A stretch of DNA of 64,000 bases from Bacillales bacterium (GCA_016282375.1 JAEEKI010000014.1:85791-149790); one strand, 5' to 3'; positions 27,546-37,511 are shown, counted from the stretch's first letter. A program made the numbers and translations. The notes: a model not told the origin generated them from the sequence alone.

Positions 27546-28253
27546 CTATTTCGTATTTATATGTTCTTCAGTGACTTTCATGTGCATCTTTAATTGACCA
27601 CCAACTAAAGCATCAACACAATCCGGGTCATCACCCTCAATCCATATAACTACAGTAATTTTATCAAATTCACCCGGAGCCAAATTCTTACGCACTTCGC
27701 TAATTATGGTTCCGTCCTCTTTAGGTTTAAAACCGATAGTATCTTTTTCTGGCTGTCCATCCATGTGGTTTACTTTGGCATAAATCTTTTTATCATCGTT
27801 AACAAAAATCATTACTCTTATTGCTTCATCAACATCTTTAACGACATCATCTTCAATCATTTCATACCAGTAATTAAAGACTGTATCGCTTTGATTCTCA
27901 ACATAGAATGTGTAAGCTATGTAATTATCACCATTATGGGAACCTTCTGCTTCATCATTGATATTATCAGGAATCCAACGAATAGATATGTTATCCATAA
28001 ATTGGAGATTTTCCGCTGATAATCTTCTTTTAGGCGTTGGATCTTTTTGGGATTCATAAATAGCCATACCACTTTCTAATTGTTTGTTGTCTTTGATACT
28101 AACATAAAAACTACCATTGTTCATTTTAAATCCTAGTACGATATAAACACCAAACATCAGAATTAATAAAAGTAAAATTGCTAGTTTAAGTTTTCTACCA
28201 AAACTCTGCCACCATTTGACTTTCGAGGCAGTTACAATGACATCTTTAGCCAC
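27546..28253 (-). CDS. membrane-anchored paralogue of the 26425-27525 product
   Basis: One TM helix (LAILLLLILMFGVYIVLGF). C-terminus ITVVIWIEGDDPDCVD parallels IWIEGQDIDCD. GTG start with GGGAG RBS. Confidence 0.55.
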   Translation of the reverse strand: MAKDVIVTASKVKWWQSFGRKLKLAILLLLILMFGVYIVLGFKMNNGSFYVSIKDNKQLESGMAIYESQKDPTPKRRLSAENLQFMDNISIRWIPDNINDEAEGSHNGDNYIAYTFYVENQSDTVFNYWYEMIEDDVVKDVDEAIRVMIFVNDDKKIYAKVNHMDGQPEKDTIGFKPKEDGTIISEVRKNLAPGEFDKITVVIWIEGDDPDCVDALVGGQLKMHMKVTEEHINTK

Positions 28254-28470
28254 ATAACCACTCCCTTCAGAAAACGTGGTTTTAAACTACAGTATATGAC
28301 TCACCTATCATATACATTACCATTATAATATATTGCTTTTTAGATTGCAACAATTTTTTTCCTTTTTTGATGTGTATTTACCACTGTAAATATCAAATGT
28401 CAATTTGACAAAGAAATTACATTTTAAGTGTATATTATTATATAATATATATGAATAAGGAGGAGTATCT

Positions 28471-29049
28471 ATGAGATATGGTAGAAAAATTGCTATATTC
28501 GCTGCTTTGATAGCCATGTTTTATTGTGTCTCATTGATTCAATCCACCTATGCTAAATACGTAACAAGCGCTGTTGGAACAGCAAATATGACCTTTGCAA
28601 GATGGAATATTCTAGTTAACGATCAAGATGTTGTTAATAATTCTAATTTTAGTACTACTATTCTTCCAGACTTTACAGGAACTACTAATATTCGCAGTGG
28701 TGTCATTGCACCTACTTCTCAAGGCTCATTTGATATTGAATTGGATATGACTGATGTTGACGTTAGTTTAGATTATACCATCTCTGCTGCTGTATCATCC
28801 AGTAATACAGTTACCGATTTAAAAATTATAAGTTACACCATTGATAATGTTACTACTCAATATACCAATAGTATTACTAATCGTGTATTACTAAGTAGTA
28901 CTGATCGTGTTGTAACAGTAACCTTTAATGTTGAATGGGTTGAAGATGCTCAAGATGGTGCTGTCATGAACAATGCTGCTGATACCGCTGCTGCTACAAG
29001 TGGTGTAGCTGCTATTGATGTAAGTGTTAACTTTGTTCAAGTTAGATAA
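28471..29049 (+). CDS. small TasA/camelysin-like exported protein (SipW-type signal)
   Basis: FYCVSLIQSTYAKYVTS and GVIAPTSQGSFDIELD. Clear paralogue of 36900-37511. AAGGAGGAG RBS. Confidence 0.65.
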   Translation: MRYGRKIAIFAALIAMFYCVSLIQSTYAKYVTSAVGTANMTFARWNILVNDQDVVNNSNFSTTILPDFTGTTNIRSGVIAPTSQGSFDIELDMTDVDVSLDYTISAAVSSSNTVTDLKIISYTIDNVTTQYTNSITNRVLLSSTDRVVTVTFNVEWVEDAQDGAVMNNAADTAAATSGVAAIDVSVNFVQVR

Positions 29050-29066
29050 TAAATACGGAGACTATT

Positions 29067-29654
29067 ATGATTACTTTTACCAAAGGTTATGAATTAACCA
29101 CCTCTTTAACTAATATAGTCATTTTTATAGTTAGTTTATATTCAGTACTAATGATTAAAAACAAAAAATGGAAACTGTTCTTTATTCTGATGTCAATTAA
29201 TTCCCTACTAGGAACCATTGTCCATGGTATTGAATTAAATAGTGTTTTAAAGGATGCTATATGGAATATACTCTCAATCCTCTTTGTCTTTACTATTAAT
29301 CTGTTCTTAAGCATTTTTATGAATATTAAAATGAAACACTTTATGTATTTATCTGTCATAACTAGCATCATTTTAATTGTTCTTTACTATTTGGATATGA
29401 ATTTCTTACTTGTTTATACTTTTTATGTATTATTAATCATTATCCTAAGTTTTTATAAAATTCTTAAAAGCAAATTAAATAATAAAAAATATTTTATTAT
29501 TGGTTACATAGTTCAAATTATTGGTGGTGTTTTGTTACTAATGAGAGTTCATCTAAACTATTTAAACTATAATGGTATCTATCATTTATTTATGGCTTTA
29601 ACCTTAGTATTCTTTTATCTAGGAGTTCAAGTGGATAAAGAAAAGAAAGAATAA
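29067..29654 (+). CDS. polytopic membrane protein (6-7 TM), unknown function
   Basis: Hydrophobic throughout. 17 nt downstream of the preceding gene. Confidence 0.55.
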   Translation: MITFTKGYELTTSLTNIVIFIVSLYSVLMIKNKKWKLFFILMSINSLLGTIVHGIELNSVLKDAIWNILSILFVFTINLFLSIFMNIKMKHFMYLSVITSIILIVLYYLDMNFLLVYTFYVLLIIILSFYKILKSKLNNKKYFIIGYIVQIIGGVLLLMRVHLNYLNYNGIYHLFMALTLVFFYLGVQVDKEKKE

Positions 29655-29689
29655 AAAAATATGTTAAGTTTTATTTAACATATTTTTTT
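29653..29689. terminator. bidirectional terminator between convergent genes
   Basis: AAAAAAATATGTTAA-loop-TTAACATATTTTTTT. Confidence 0.7.
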
Positions 29690-30434
29690 ATGGTTCCTCA
29701 GGTTCTTCAGGCTCATTAGGTTCAGGAGGATTATTTTGATTATTCTGGTTATTATTACTTTGACTAACATATATTTTTACTCTTAAAGTAATACTCGGCT
29801 CTAAAGGATAATCGGTGGCATATTCATAGGCTTTATTGCCCCAGTAGGTATCTTCTTCATCATCACCAGATTCAAAAGGCCATTGAACATTTACCGTAAA
29901 AATCGAAGAACTAGTTACATCATTAATGATCTCCGAAAGATTAGCTTGAGAAAGACTAAAAGTAATCGTAAAGGGATAATCTGTGGCCAACATCGTTTCT
30001 AATTCTGCGGATGTCATGTCATCTTGTTGCACTTGCTCATGATTATCAATTCTACCCTCTTCAGTAACATATTCTTCATCAAAGATACGCGCTTCCAAAA
30101 TATTATATGTAATACTGGCCGCTATTTCACTTTCATTAGCAATGGTTAAATTATCAACATAATTGCCCATACCAGGATATACTTCCGAAATGTTTACATT
30201 ATAGTAATCCGATAAAACTGTTTCACCAGATTGGAACAATACATTCCAAGCTCGAACGTGAGCATCAATACTACTTGATACTTTGTTTGAATAAACAAAC
30301 CAAGCATAAGTATTTCCTACCAATAATATTATTAAAAATACTATTTGATGAGGTTTAAGTACTTTCTTAAGGTTTTTAAGAATTATCTTTAGTTTCTTCT
30401 TGTTCTTGTTCATCTTCATCTTCCTCATCTTCAA
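29688..30434 (-). CDS. exported protein with SipW-cognate N-terminus and N/Q/P/E-rich tail
   Basis: IVFLIILLVGNTYAWFVYSN. The start is uncertain (TTG at 30434; ATGs at 30428, 30419 and 30413) and overlaps the end of the upstream peptidase-like gene. Confidence 0.6.
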   Translation of the reverse strand: MKMRKMKMNKNKKKLKIILKNLKKVLKPHQIVFLIILLVGNTYAWFVYSNKVSSSIDAHVRAWNVLFQSGETVLSDYYNVNISEVYPGMGNYVDNLTIANESEIAASITYNILEARIFDEEYVTEEGRIDNHEQVQQDDMTSAELETMLATDYPFTITFSLSQANLSEIINDVTSSSIFTVNVQWPFESGDDEEDTYWGNKAYEYATDYPLEPSITLRVKIYVSQSNNNQNNQNNPPEPNEPEEPEEP

Positions 30435-30978
30435 ATTTAATTTTTACGATTTGATAAGATGCATATAACCCTACGATTGTAAATAATGTATAGTATGAAT
30501 AGTTATTACTCATTAAACGACCAAAGTAACTAAAGACAACTGTTTTATAAAAAACTTTTCCATATATTTGGGAATAAGATATTTCAGGATCTTCGTATTC
30601 ATTCGAAGTACCTTTGGTAATGTAATAATAATCATCATTATCTTTTCTAATGGATAATATTTTGTGAGTTATTATTAAATCATTTAGATTACCCTTTTTA
30701 CCTAGATATGTTACATTATCTCCGACTTTTAATTCGGAAGCAGGAACTTCTTTAATAACAATAATATCTCCGATAGAATATTCCTCTTTCATTGATTCTG
30801 ATGCAACGCTAAAGACACGATATCCCATAATAGCTTTATTGTTGAAAAATTTTTGAATTAAGACAACACATAAAGCAATGAATAAAAAGATAGAAAAGAT
30901 AATCTTTACTACCTTCCATGATATATATAATGCTTTATTATTATCTAGTTTATCTTTTATTTCTTTTAATTTTCTCAT
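30376..30978 (-). CDS. SipW-like (S26B) signal peptidase paralogue, partly divergent
   Basis: VFSVASESMKEEYSIGDIIVIKE, ITHKI and ITKGTSNEYEDP align with the SipW motifs SGSMEP / HR / GDAN..D. N- and C-terminal TM helices, acidic tail. AGGAG RBS precedes the ATG at 30978, 1 nt after the upstream stop. Confidence 0.6.
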   Translation of the reverse strand: MRKLKEIKDKLDNNKALYISWKVVKIIFSIFLFIALCVVLIQKFFNNKAIMGYRVFSVASESMKEEYSIGDIIVIKEVPASELKVGDNVTYLGKKGNLNDLIITHKILSIRKDNDDYYYITKGTSNEYEDPEISYSQIYGKVFYKTVVFSYFGRLMSNNYSYYTLFTIVGLYASYQIVKIKFEDEEDEDEQEQEETKDNS

Positions 30979-30979
30979 T

Positions 30980-32110
30980 TTAACTCCTAAACTCGAAACT
31001 AACAATTTTACTAATGGTACTTTGAATTTTAACATTAAGTTTTTGTTGAATTTCTTCGATTGTGGCTTCCTTCTTATTACGAATAACCGCAATTTTATCG
31101 CCAATAACCTTTTGTAACTCTTCAAGTGGTAAGTCAGAATTGATTTCTACGATTTTCGTAATCATATTATTAGTAAGTGTTTCAACTAATTCTTTATTAT
31201 TATCTTGTTTAGCCGCTTTAGCATTATCTCCTAAACTATTAACAATTAAATAGTTTAATAAGAATACATCATCAAACATATTTTTAACAGTAACATTTTC
31301 TTTGATAGTGTTACTTGTTTTTGTTGTCTTATTACCATTATCAATATATGCTTGTAAATAATTCCATAATTTCATGGCATATTGAAAGTTGGTATTTTTT
31401 AAAATAAGATTTGTTTTCTTAATTGGCGGTGTTACTCTTGCTACGTTAGCTTTGTCTAGTAATTTAAAAACATCAGTTCTAGTTAAGTCTGAAACTTGCA
31501 ATTCAAGTTTATCAATTCTTTCTTCGACAGTTAAATCATTATTACGTCCATATTCAGATGATGTATTAGATTTCGAAGCCATCGAAACATTAATATCGAC
31601 TAATTCCGAACCCACTCTTGATGTGCCATGATATTCACTTTTCTTACTATCTTTAACAAAGGATTTAGTGATTAAATCCCTTTTCTTCATAGAAATAAAC
31701 ATTTGCATGTTTTTAATCAATGTATAAATTACTCTGTTTTCGTATGTATTATAGTTTTCATCTTTATTAATGTTTAAAATCTTCGAAGGTTTAACATCAC
31801 CGTTTTTCTCGATTTTTTGAATCATACTTGTATTACGAGCTAAATGTTTAATACTTTCAACGGTTACTCTTCGAGCTTTTTCAACATTAACAACTTCTTC
31901 TTCATTAATAATGAAACGGTTGGGGTTTCTTAAGATGTTATCAATATACATTACGGTACCTTCCATTAATTCCAACCATTCAAAATCAGCCTCAAAGGAT
32001 TCAACATTAGTACTTACAGTATATTCTGATTTAACACTATTGTTGAAAGAAGCAATTTTTCTAGCATCGGTTTTTGTATATAAGTCTAATACCTTTAATT
32101 CTTGATCCAT
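30980..32110 (-). CDS. McrC-N-terminal-like (DUF2357-like) partner protein with no recognisable nuclease
   Basis: NYNTYENRVIYTLIKNM resembles E. coli McrC NEDTLANRIIKSTLAIL. No PD-(D/E)xK motif found by eye. Helical/coiled C-terminus. Starts 10 nt after the McrB-like gene. Confidence 0.5.
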   Translation of the reverse strand: MDQELKVLDLYTKTDARKIASFNNSVKSEYTVSTNVESFEADFEWLELMEGTVMYIDNILRNPNRFIINEEEVVNVEKARRVTVESIKHLARNTSMIQKIEKNGDVKPSKILNINKDENYNTYENRVIYTLIKNMQMFISMKKRDLITKSFVKDSKKSEYHGTSRVGSELVDINVSMASKSNTSSEYGRNNDLTVEERIDKLELQVSDLTRTDVFKLLDKANVARVTPPIKKTNLILKNTNFQYAMKLWNYLQAYIDNGNKTTKTSNTIKENVTVKNMFDDVFLLNYLIVNSLGDNAKAAKQDNNKELVETLTNNMITKIVEINSDLPLEELQKVIGDKIAVIRNKKEATIEEIQQKLNVKIQSTISKIVSFEFRS

Positions 32111-32120
32111 AGTCTACTCC

Positions 32121-33653
32121 CTAAGACATCTTCTTAAGTCTTAAAAGAGTTTCGATACATTCATGCATCGTATCTTTTCCAAACGTTTTATCCAAAAATT
32201 CAATAAAGCCATCAATTTCATCTCTAATGTAAGAAATGTTTAATTGTTCAAATTTTCTTAAAATCTTTTTAGCAATAAAGTAATCGACACCATCTAATTC
32301 ACTACCACCGCAAGCAACAAAGACAGGAACAAACTTTCTCATATGAGCAACAATACGGTTACCAAAAGCGATACGGAAATGAGATATTACATAATCATCC
32401 ATTTCATTAATTTTATTCAAAGTTTCTTCTTTGATTGGATTGGCTTCCATTGCTTCTTTAAATTTCTTATTTAAATATGTGAAATTAACATCTTGAGCAT
32501 CAACTTCTTGAGGTGTGAAAACTTTACCTTTATCGTTGATATCGATAGGCATAGCACGGTCATAAACTTTATCAGTTACCATGAATGTTGAGTCATCGTT
32601 ATTGATTGTACCAATGTACCATACATTTTCAGGAATTTTAATTTTACCATTTTTAAGTCTCTTAGGGTCACTCTTCCATGAAGAAGCAACAACTTCGATA
32701 ATCCATTCATCTTTGTTAGGCATTTCTAGAATGGATAGCATTTCGGCAAAATAATACTCAACTCTGGAGATGTTCATTTCATCTAGGATAATGGTATAAA
32801 TATCATCTGTATAACCTGCTTCATATAATACTTTTAAGATATCTGTTTCATTGAACTTCTTAGTAAATTCGTTAAAGTAACCAAATAGTTCAGAACGATC
32901 ACGCCATGATGGTTGAACGGAAGCAACACAAGAGTCATGCTTCAAAAATTTTCCCCATGCATAAGCAAGTGATGTTTTACCTGTACCAGAGATACCTTGT
33001 AGAATAACAAGTTTTGTACTGGCTAATGCTGCCACATATAATCTAATCATTTCTGTTGTATAATACAAACCTAATTTACTAGCAGCAAAATTTCTAAATA
33101 ATTCTACAAACTCTGGTAATTCAAAATTATTACCATATTCTTGAATTTTATAATTAGCATATGCTATATCAACATCATTAAGTTTTGAGAAACGAATATC
33201 TGTATTTTGATCAACAGAGTCTCCTTCTTGTGGTTCTCCACTTACTTCTTCTTGGTCTGTTTCATTAGGTTTTAATCCTAAATGTGATACTTTCATAGCT
33301 AAGATTTCTTCTTTTTCTTGAACTAAAGTAGCTACTTTATTATTTAAAGTAGATATTTCTTCTAACATAGATTCTTGTTCAACAAGCGTTTTTCTAAAAC
33401 GAACATATTTTCTTAATAAGAAAACAATAAATAAAATAACAGCACCAATAAGGACAACAAGAATAATCGCCGCAATGCCAAAAAGAACCCACTCCCCAAT
33501 TCCGAAGTCAGATTTATATTGCCCTACAATTTTTAAATAGTCCTTAAAGCCAAACATTTTCGCAAAACCATTAATAATTCCTAATAGAATAGCTTTAATT
33601 CCTGAAAAAAATTGGGCTAAAAAATCGTATAAGAATGTAAAAAATGTGCTCAT
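32121..33653 (-). CDS. membrane-anchored McrB-like AAA+ GTPase
   Basis: Two N-terminal hydrophobic segments and a coiled coil. Motifs LQGISGTGKTS, VQPSWRDRSELFGYF, IILDEMNISRVEYYFAEMLSILE and IGTINNDDSTFMVTDKVYDRA follow the McrB motif order. Confidence 0.7.
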   Translation of the reverse strand: MSTFFTFLYDFLAQFFSGIKAILLGIINGFAKMFGFKDYLKIVGQYKSDFGIGEWVLFGIAAIILVVLIGAVILFIVFLLRKYVRFRKTLVEQESMLEEISTLNNKVATLVQEKEEILAMKVSHLGLKPNETDQEEVSGEPQEGDSVDQNTDIRFSKLNDVDIAYANYKIQEYGNNFELPEFVELFRNFAASKLGLYYTTEMIRLYVAALASTKLVILQGISGTGKTSLAYAWGKFLKHDSCVASVQPSWRDRSELFGYFNEFTKKFNETDILKVLYEAGYTDDIYTIILDEMNISRVEYYFAEMLSILEMPNKDEWIIEVVASSWKSDPKRLKNGKIKIPENVWYIGTINNDDSTFMVTDKVYDRAMPIDINDKGKVFTPQEVDAQDVNFTYLNKKFKEAMEANPIKEETLNKINEMDDYVISHFRIAFGNRIVAHMRKFVPVFVACGGSELDGVDYFIAKKILRKFEQLNISYIRDEIDGFIEFLDKTFGKDTMHECIETLLRLKKMS

Positions 33654-33660
33654 AAACACC

Positions 33661-34620
33661 TCATTGACTAACTATTTTTGCTTTTATCCTATCACTATTC
33701 TCTATAACTATATCATAATATTCATATTTTTCATATACAAAAACATATGAAAAGATATCAAGTATAGGAATATTATTATCAAAACTCTCATCTAAGATAA
33801 GAGCAACATTAAAACCGTTTTTAATAAAATTAGTAATTTTTTCTTGATATTTCAAGTAAGTTTCATAATTAATCCGAAAATGAACTCGAGATTTAACTAC
33901 CCTATTATCGAGTACTAAAATATACTTGTTAATCTTCTTCTCTTTAGCAAATAAAGATTCAGGGAAATCAACAATATAGTTTTCATTGAAATTAAGTTCA
34001 ATAGTATTTTTTAAAATATAACCTGATAGCATTAAAAATAATAAGTACTGTTTATTTTCTAATACGGTACCGGTATTATAGGCTTTATCAATAGCCCAAT
34101 CACTAAAGATTGGTGATAATTTACAATTTTGATTAATATCTACTTTCTTAAGATTTCTAGCAACTCGTTTAAAACTTATATTGAAATTTTTATCTTCGAA
34201 AACTGCTAAAAAATCCTTCCTTACTTTAATGAAATTGCTAACTAAATCTTTTAATTCTTCTTTTTTATCTTCTCTTAGTGATATATCCTCTGCAATTGTA
34301 TTTATCAAAGATGTTAAGCTTACATATTCACAGCAATCATCAATATATAAAATATAACCAAATAAGGTAAATATTTCTTTAACTTCTTCTTCAACACGCA
34401 TATCTTGCTTAATAATTTCTTTTGCAAGATTTTTTAATTCAGTGTTTAATTTATTAATAAAACTATATCCCCGACTATATACACTATTATTATAGTATCT
34501 TACGTCAATATACTTTTCAATAAAGGGCATTAGTAATTTCTTATCATAATTATTACCTAAAATGATTCGATAATAATTCATAAGAAAATTTTCAAAATAT
34601 TTAATATAATTATCTATCAT
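33661..34620 (-). CDS. hypothetical cytoplasmic protein (319 aa)
   Basis: No TM helix or signal. Tightly coupled to both neighbours. The C-terminal ~90 aa (FRINYETY...GFNVALILDESFDNN...YVFV) faintly resemble a degenerate EAL domain, by eye only. Confidence 0.45.
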   Translation of the reverse strand: MIDNYIKYFENFLMNYYRIILGNNYDKKLLMPFIEKYIDVRYYNNSVYSRGYSFINKLNTELKNLAKEIIKQDMRVEEEVKEIFTLFGYILYIDDCCEYVSLTSLINTIAEDISLREDKKEELKDLVSNFIKVRKDFLAVFEDKNFNISFKRVARNLKKVDINQNCKLSPIFSDWAIDKAYNTGTVLENKQYLLFLMLSGYILKNTIELNFNENYIVDFPESLFAKEKKINKYILVLDNRVVKSRVHFRINYETYLKYQEKITNFIKNGFNVALILDESFDNNIPILDIFSYVFVYEKYEYYDIVIENSDRIKAKIVSQ

Positions 34621-34628
34621 TTTTCCTC

Positions 34629-35561
34629 CTATATAGCACTAAAAGTAATGATCGACGGATCATTGTCATGTGGATATGTATAGTCTTCCGAGACATCTAT
34701 TTTATAAAAACGCACGACATTACTACTCATTGGTTCAACATCAAAAGTAATCGACGAAACATAAGCTACACCATTAACTGTCGTGGTTGTATATGTTGCA
34801 CTATTTAATAAATTACTAGTGGAATCTATAACCACATCGTTAGGATCAAAAGTTAGTGTTACTCTTGCTGAAAAACACTTTGCTTGATCAGCTGCACTTA
34901 ACGCCATATATTCTGCAAGAGTAAAATCATGATATATTTCATAATCACCAAAGGCTTCACCTGCTATATATTGGTCACGAGCATTAGTAATAGTAAGATC
35001 TAAGTATGGACGATTGACTTCATCGCTAATTTCATATCCGATACCTTGACGACCTACCGTAATAACAAATACTGCACTTAAAACTTTAACATATGGTGTT
35101 GATGAAGTAGCAGTAATGGTTACAGTTACAGAGTCACCCGTATTAAAGATTCTTTGGGGAGTAATGATTATTTCATAATCATCTGTCATTTCTGAACCAT
35201 AGATGACACCAGATACATTATCAATGGAGCTAGTTACTCCCGAAGAATGAGTAACATTAACTGTATACTCAATATCGCTATCACTAACTAACAAGTTATT
35301 TTTATGGTTATTCAAAGAAAATTGAATTTTAAAATTACTAACTCCACTCCAGTTATTAACATTGTATGTAATCGCAGGATTACCAAGTTTGTCACTGTTA
35401 AAATAGAAATTACTGGTTTTAATTAAATAATCACCAATAAAGTCATGGACATATTTAGAAAAAGTTATTCCCACAGGAACAAGTATTAATAATAACAACA
35501 TTATTAATAAGATTCTTACTTTTTTTCGCATCTTTATTTTATATGTTTTCTTATTACCCAT
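34629..35561 (-). CDS. exported protein with SipW-type N-terminus
   Basis: LLLLILVPVGITFSKYVHDF after a basic N-terminus. Ser/Thr-rich, beta-type composition. Confidence 0.55.
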   Translation of the reverse strand: MGNKKTYKIKMRKKVRILLIMLLLLILVPVGITFSKYVHDFIGDYLIKTSNFYFNSDKLGNPAITYNVNNWSGVSNFKIQFSLNNHKNNLLVSDSDIEYTVNVTHSSGVTSSIDNVSGVIYGSEMTDDYEIIITPQRIFNTGDSVTVTITATSSTPYVKVLSAVFVITVGRQGIGYEISDEVNRPYLDLTITNARDQYIAGEAFGDYEIYHDFTLAEYMALSAADQAKCFSARVTLTFDPNDVVIDSTSNLLNSATYTTTTVNGVAYVSSITFDVEPMSSNVVRFYKIDVSEDYTYPHDNDPSIITFSAI

Positions 35562-35597
35562 ACTGCACCTATTGTAATTGTATCAAAATTACAAAAA

Positions 35598-36191
35598 TTA
35601 AACAACTTGTTCTGCAGTAATAATAACACTTAGTAATTCAATTTTGCCTTGGTACTCTGGATGATTTTGATTAGATAATGGGTAATAAACCGCTATTGTA
35701 TAATAATCTTGTTCATTGGTTGTGTAATGAAAACGATAGTCTTGAGATGTATCATATATTTTGTAATATACATCATCATCCATCCGAGAACTTGTTGAAG
35801 TAATAATATTGGTAGCATTGGCACTATAATCTTCGTTTCGATAAACACTAATTGTAATTGGCAAATTAGTTGTTGTCTCAAATTTAATATGATAATCTAA
35901 ATCAACATTAGTCCTGATAGAATCTTTATAATTGCGAACATTTATAACATATGTATATACTTGATTTGATGGTTCTAATCCCTCTAGTGCGATAGAGGCT
36001 GTTGATGTTCCTTGATCAACTAAAAAAACGGCTATACTAGCTTGAACATTCATATTAGCGGTTGACTCATAGCGTGAATATGTTACATCAATAAGATTGA
36101 TAATAAAGACCACAACTAAAACAAGTATTGTAATATGAATTGCAATACTTAGTCTCTTCTTATCAAATTTTGATGCAAAAGTGTCTGTCAT
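35598..36191 (-). CDS. small exported TasA-like protein
   Basis: LVVVFIINLIDVTYSRYESTANM. The start overlaps the sipW stop by 1 nt (TAATG). Confidence 0.55.
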   Translation of the reverse strand: MTDTFASKFDKKRLSIAIHITILVLVVVFIINLIDVTYSRYESTANMNVQASIAVFLVDQGTSTASIALEGLEPSNQVYTYVINVRNYKDSIRTNVDLDYHIKFETTTNLPITISVYRNEDYSANATNIITSTSSRMDDDVYYKIYDTSQDYRFHYTTNEQDYYTIAVYYPLSNQNHPEYQGKIELLSVIITAEQVV

Positions 36192-36886
36192 TATTCACCT
36201 TTATCTAATTTGGATTCTATTTCTTTTTGAATACTAGATAAATCTAAACCGATGGTATATTCTAAGTTTTTCTTATCTTCTTCACTTTCGGCAGACATAA
36301 CTTTTTTATAGATAGCCTCAAGTTCTTCTTTACTTATATTATTAATATCAATTTTATTACTGTCATTTTCGATTTTTTCTGATTTAACAGTTGCTTTATC
36401 ACTTTTAAAGCCTTTATATGAAAAAGCAAAATCAAACAATATTAAAGTGACAAAAATCATGATAATTACTTTCGGAGATGTTAAGATTTTTTGCCATATT
36501 CCCGCACTAGGAAAAATATGGATTACTTTACCTATTACTATTTCTTTTGGAATAGCAGGATCATCAGTGTTATTAGCGTCTCCCCTAGTAATATAGTTAT
36601 TATCACTTATTTGCATAATACGATGCGTAATATAAGAACCCTCTTTAACAAAAGTTATAATATCATCTTCTTTATAGTCATCCATTTTCTTAACAAGAAT
36701 AATATCTTCCTTTTTTATGGTAGGTTCCATACTTCCGGTAGCCACATTAAATACTGAGTATCCAAATACTTCAAAATAATCTTTTTGACTAATCATCATT
36801 TTGACTTTAGCAAAGATCATAATTGCTAAAACCACAAAAACAATAATAGTTAAAATGTTTATAATGATTTCTGCTACCTTTCTCAT
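36191..36886 (-). CDS. sipW: signal peptidase I, SipW (archaeal/ER, S26B) type
   Basis: FNVATGSMEPTIKKEDIILVKK, ITHRI and TRGDANNTDD. N- and C-terminal TM helices. Confidence 0.75.
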   Translation of the reverse strand: MRKVAEIIINILTIIVFVVLAIMIFAKVKMMISQKDYFEVFGYSVFNVATGSMEPTIKKEDIILVKKMDDYKEDDIITFVKEGSYITHRIMQISDNNYITRGDANNTDDPAIPKEIVIGKVIHIFPSAGIWQKILTSPKVIIMIFVTLILFDFAFSYKGFKSDKATVKSEKIENDSNKIDINNISKEELEAIYKKVMSAESEEDKKNLEYTIGLDLSSIQKEIESKLDKGE

Positions 36887-36899
36887 ATTTTACCTCTTT

Positions 36900-37511
36900 T
36901 TACTCATCAATATATTCCACTAGCGTTTCTCCTAAATACTGTATAACAGTAATCTGAGCTGGAATACTTATGCTCGCATTCGATGTTAAACCTAAATTTG
37001 TATCGCTTTGATCATACGTTGAATTATTGGTCCACTCTACGACAATTCTTAATCTTGCCGTATCACCATTAGCAATTTGGGCTAAAGTAATAATGCCTGA
37101 ATATGTACTTTCACCAGTTCTAACCATGGTACCATTTAAATCAGTAACATAGTATGTAATATTTTCGCCATAATTTTGTTCCATATCCAAAGTTATGTCA
37201 TATCTGATTGCTACATCTGTATCTTCTGGATCAATGATTACATCAAAATACCCACTTCTACCAGGTGCAATTACACCATTTTCAATATGTGAACTAACAC
37301 TATAATTAAAATTACTGGCTACAAACGATATAGTCTGTCCAGAAGAAATATCCATATCATTAAGCCTAATGGTCCAATTACCAATATTAAAATTTCCTGT
37401 TCCATTAGCTAATGTCTCATAGACTGCAAAGGAATCAGAAATTAAACTTAACAAGAAGACCATGGAAATAAATACGCCTATATATAGTATTGTCTTTACC
37501 TTTGTTTTCAT
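36900..37511 (-). CDS. small TasA/camelysin-like exported protein
   Basis: LLSLISDSFAVYETLANG and NGVIAPGRSGYFDVIIDPEDTD. Paralogue of 28471-29049. Confidence 0.65.
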   Translation of the reverse strand: MKTKVKTILYIGVFISMVFLLSLISDSFAVYETLANGTGNFNIGNWTIRLNDMDISSGQTISFVASNFNYSVSSHIENGVIAPGRSGYFDVIIDPEDTDVAIRYDITLDMEQNYGENITYYVTDLNGTMVRTGESTYSGIITLAQIANGDTARLRIVVEWTNNSTYDQSDTNLGLTSNASISIPAQITVIQYLGETLVEYIDE

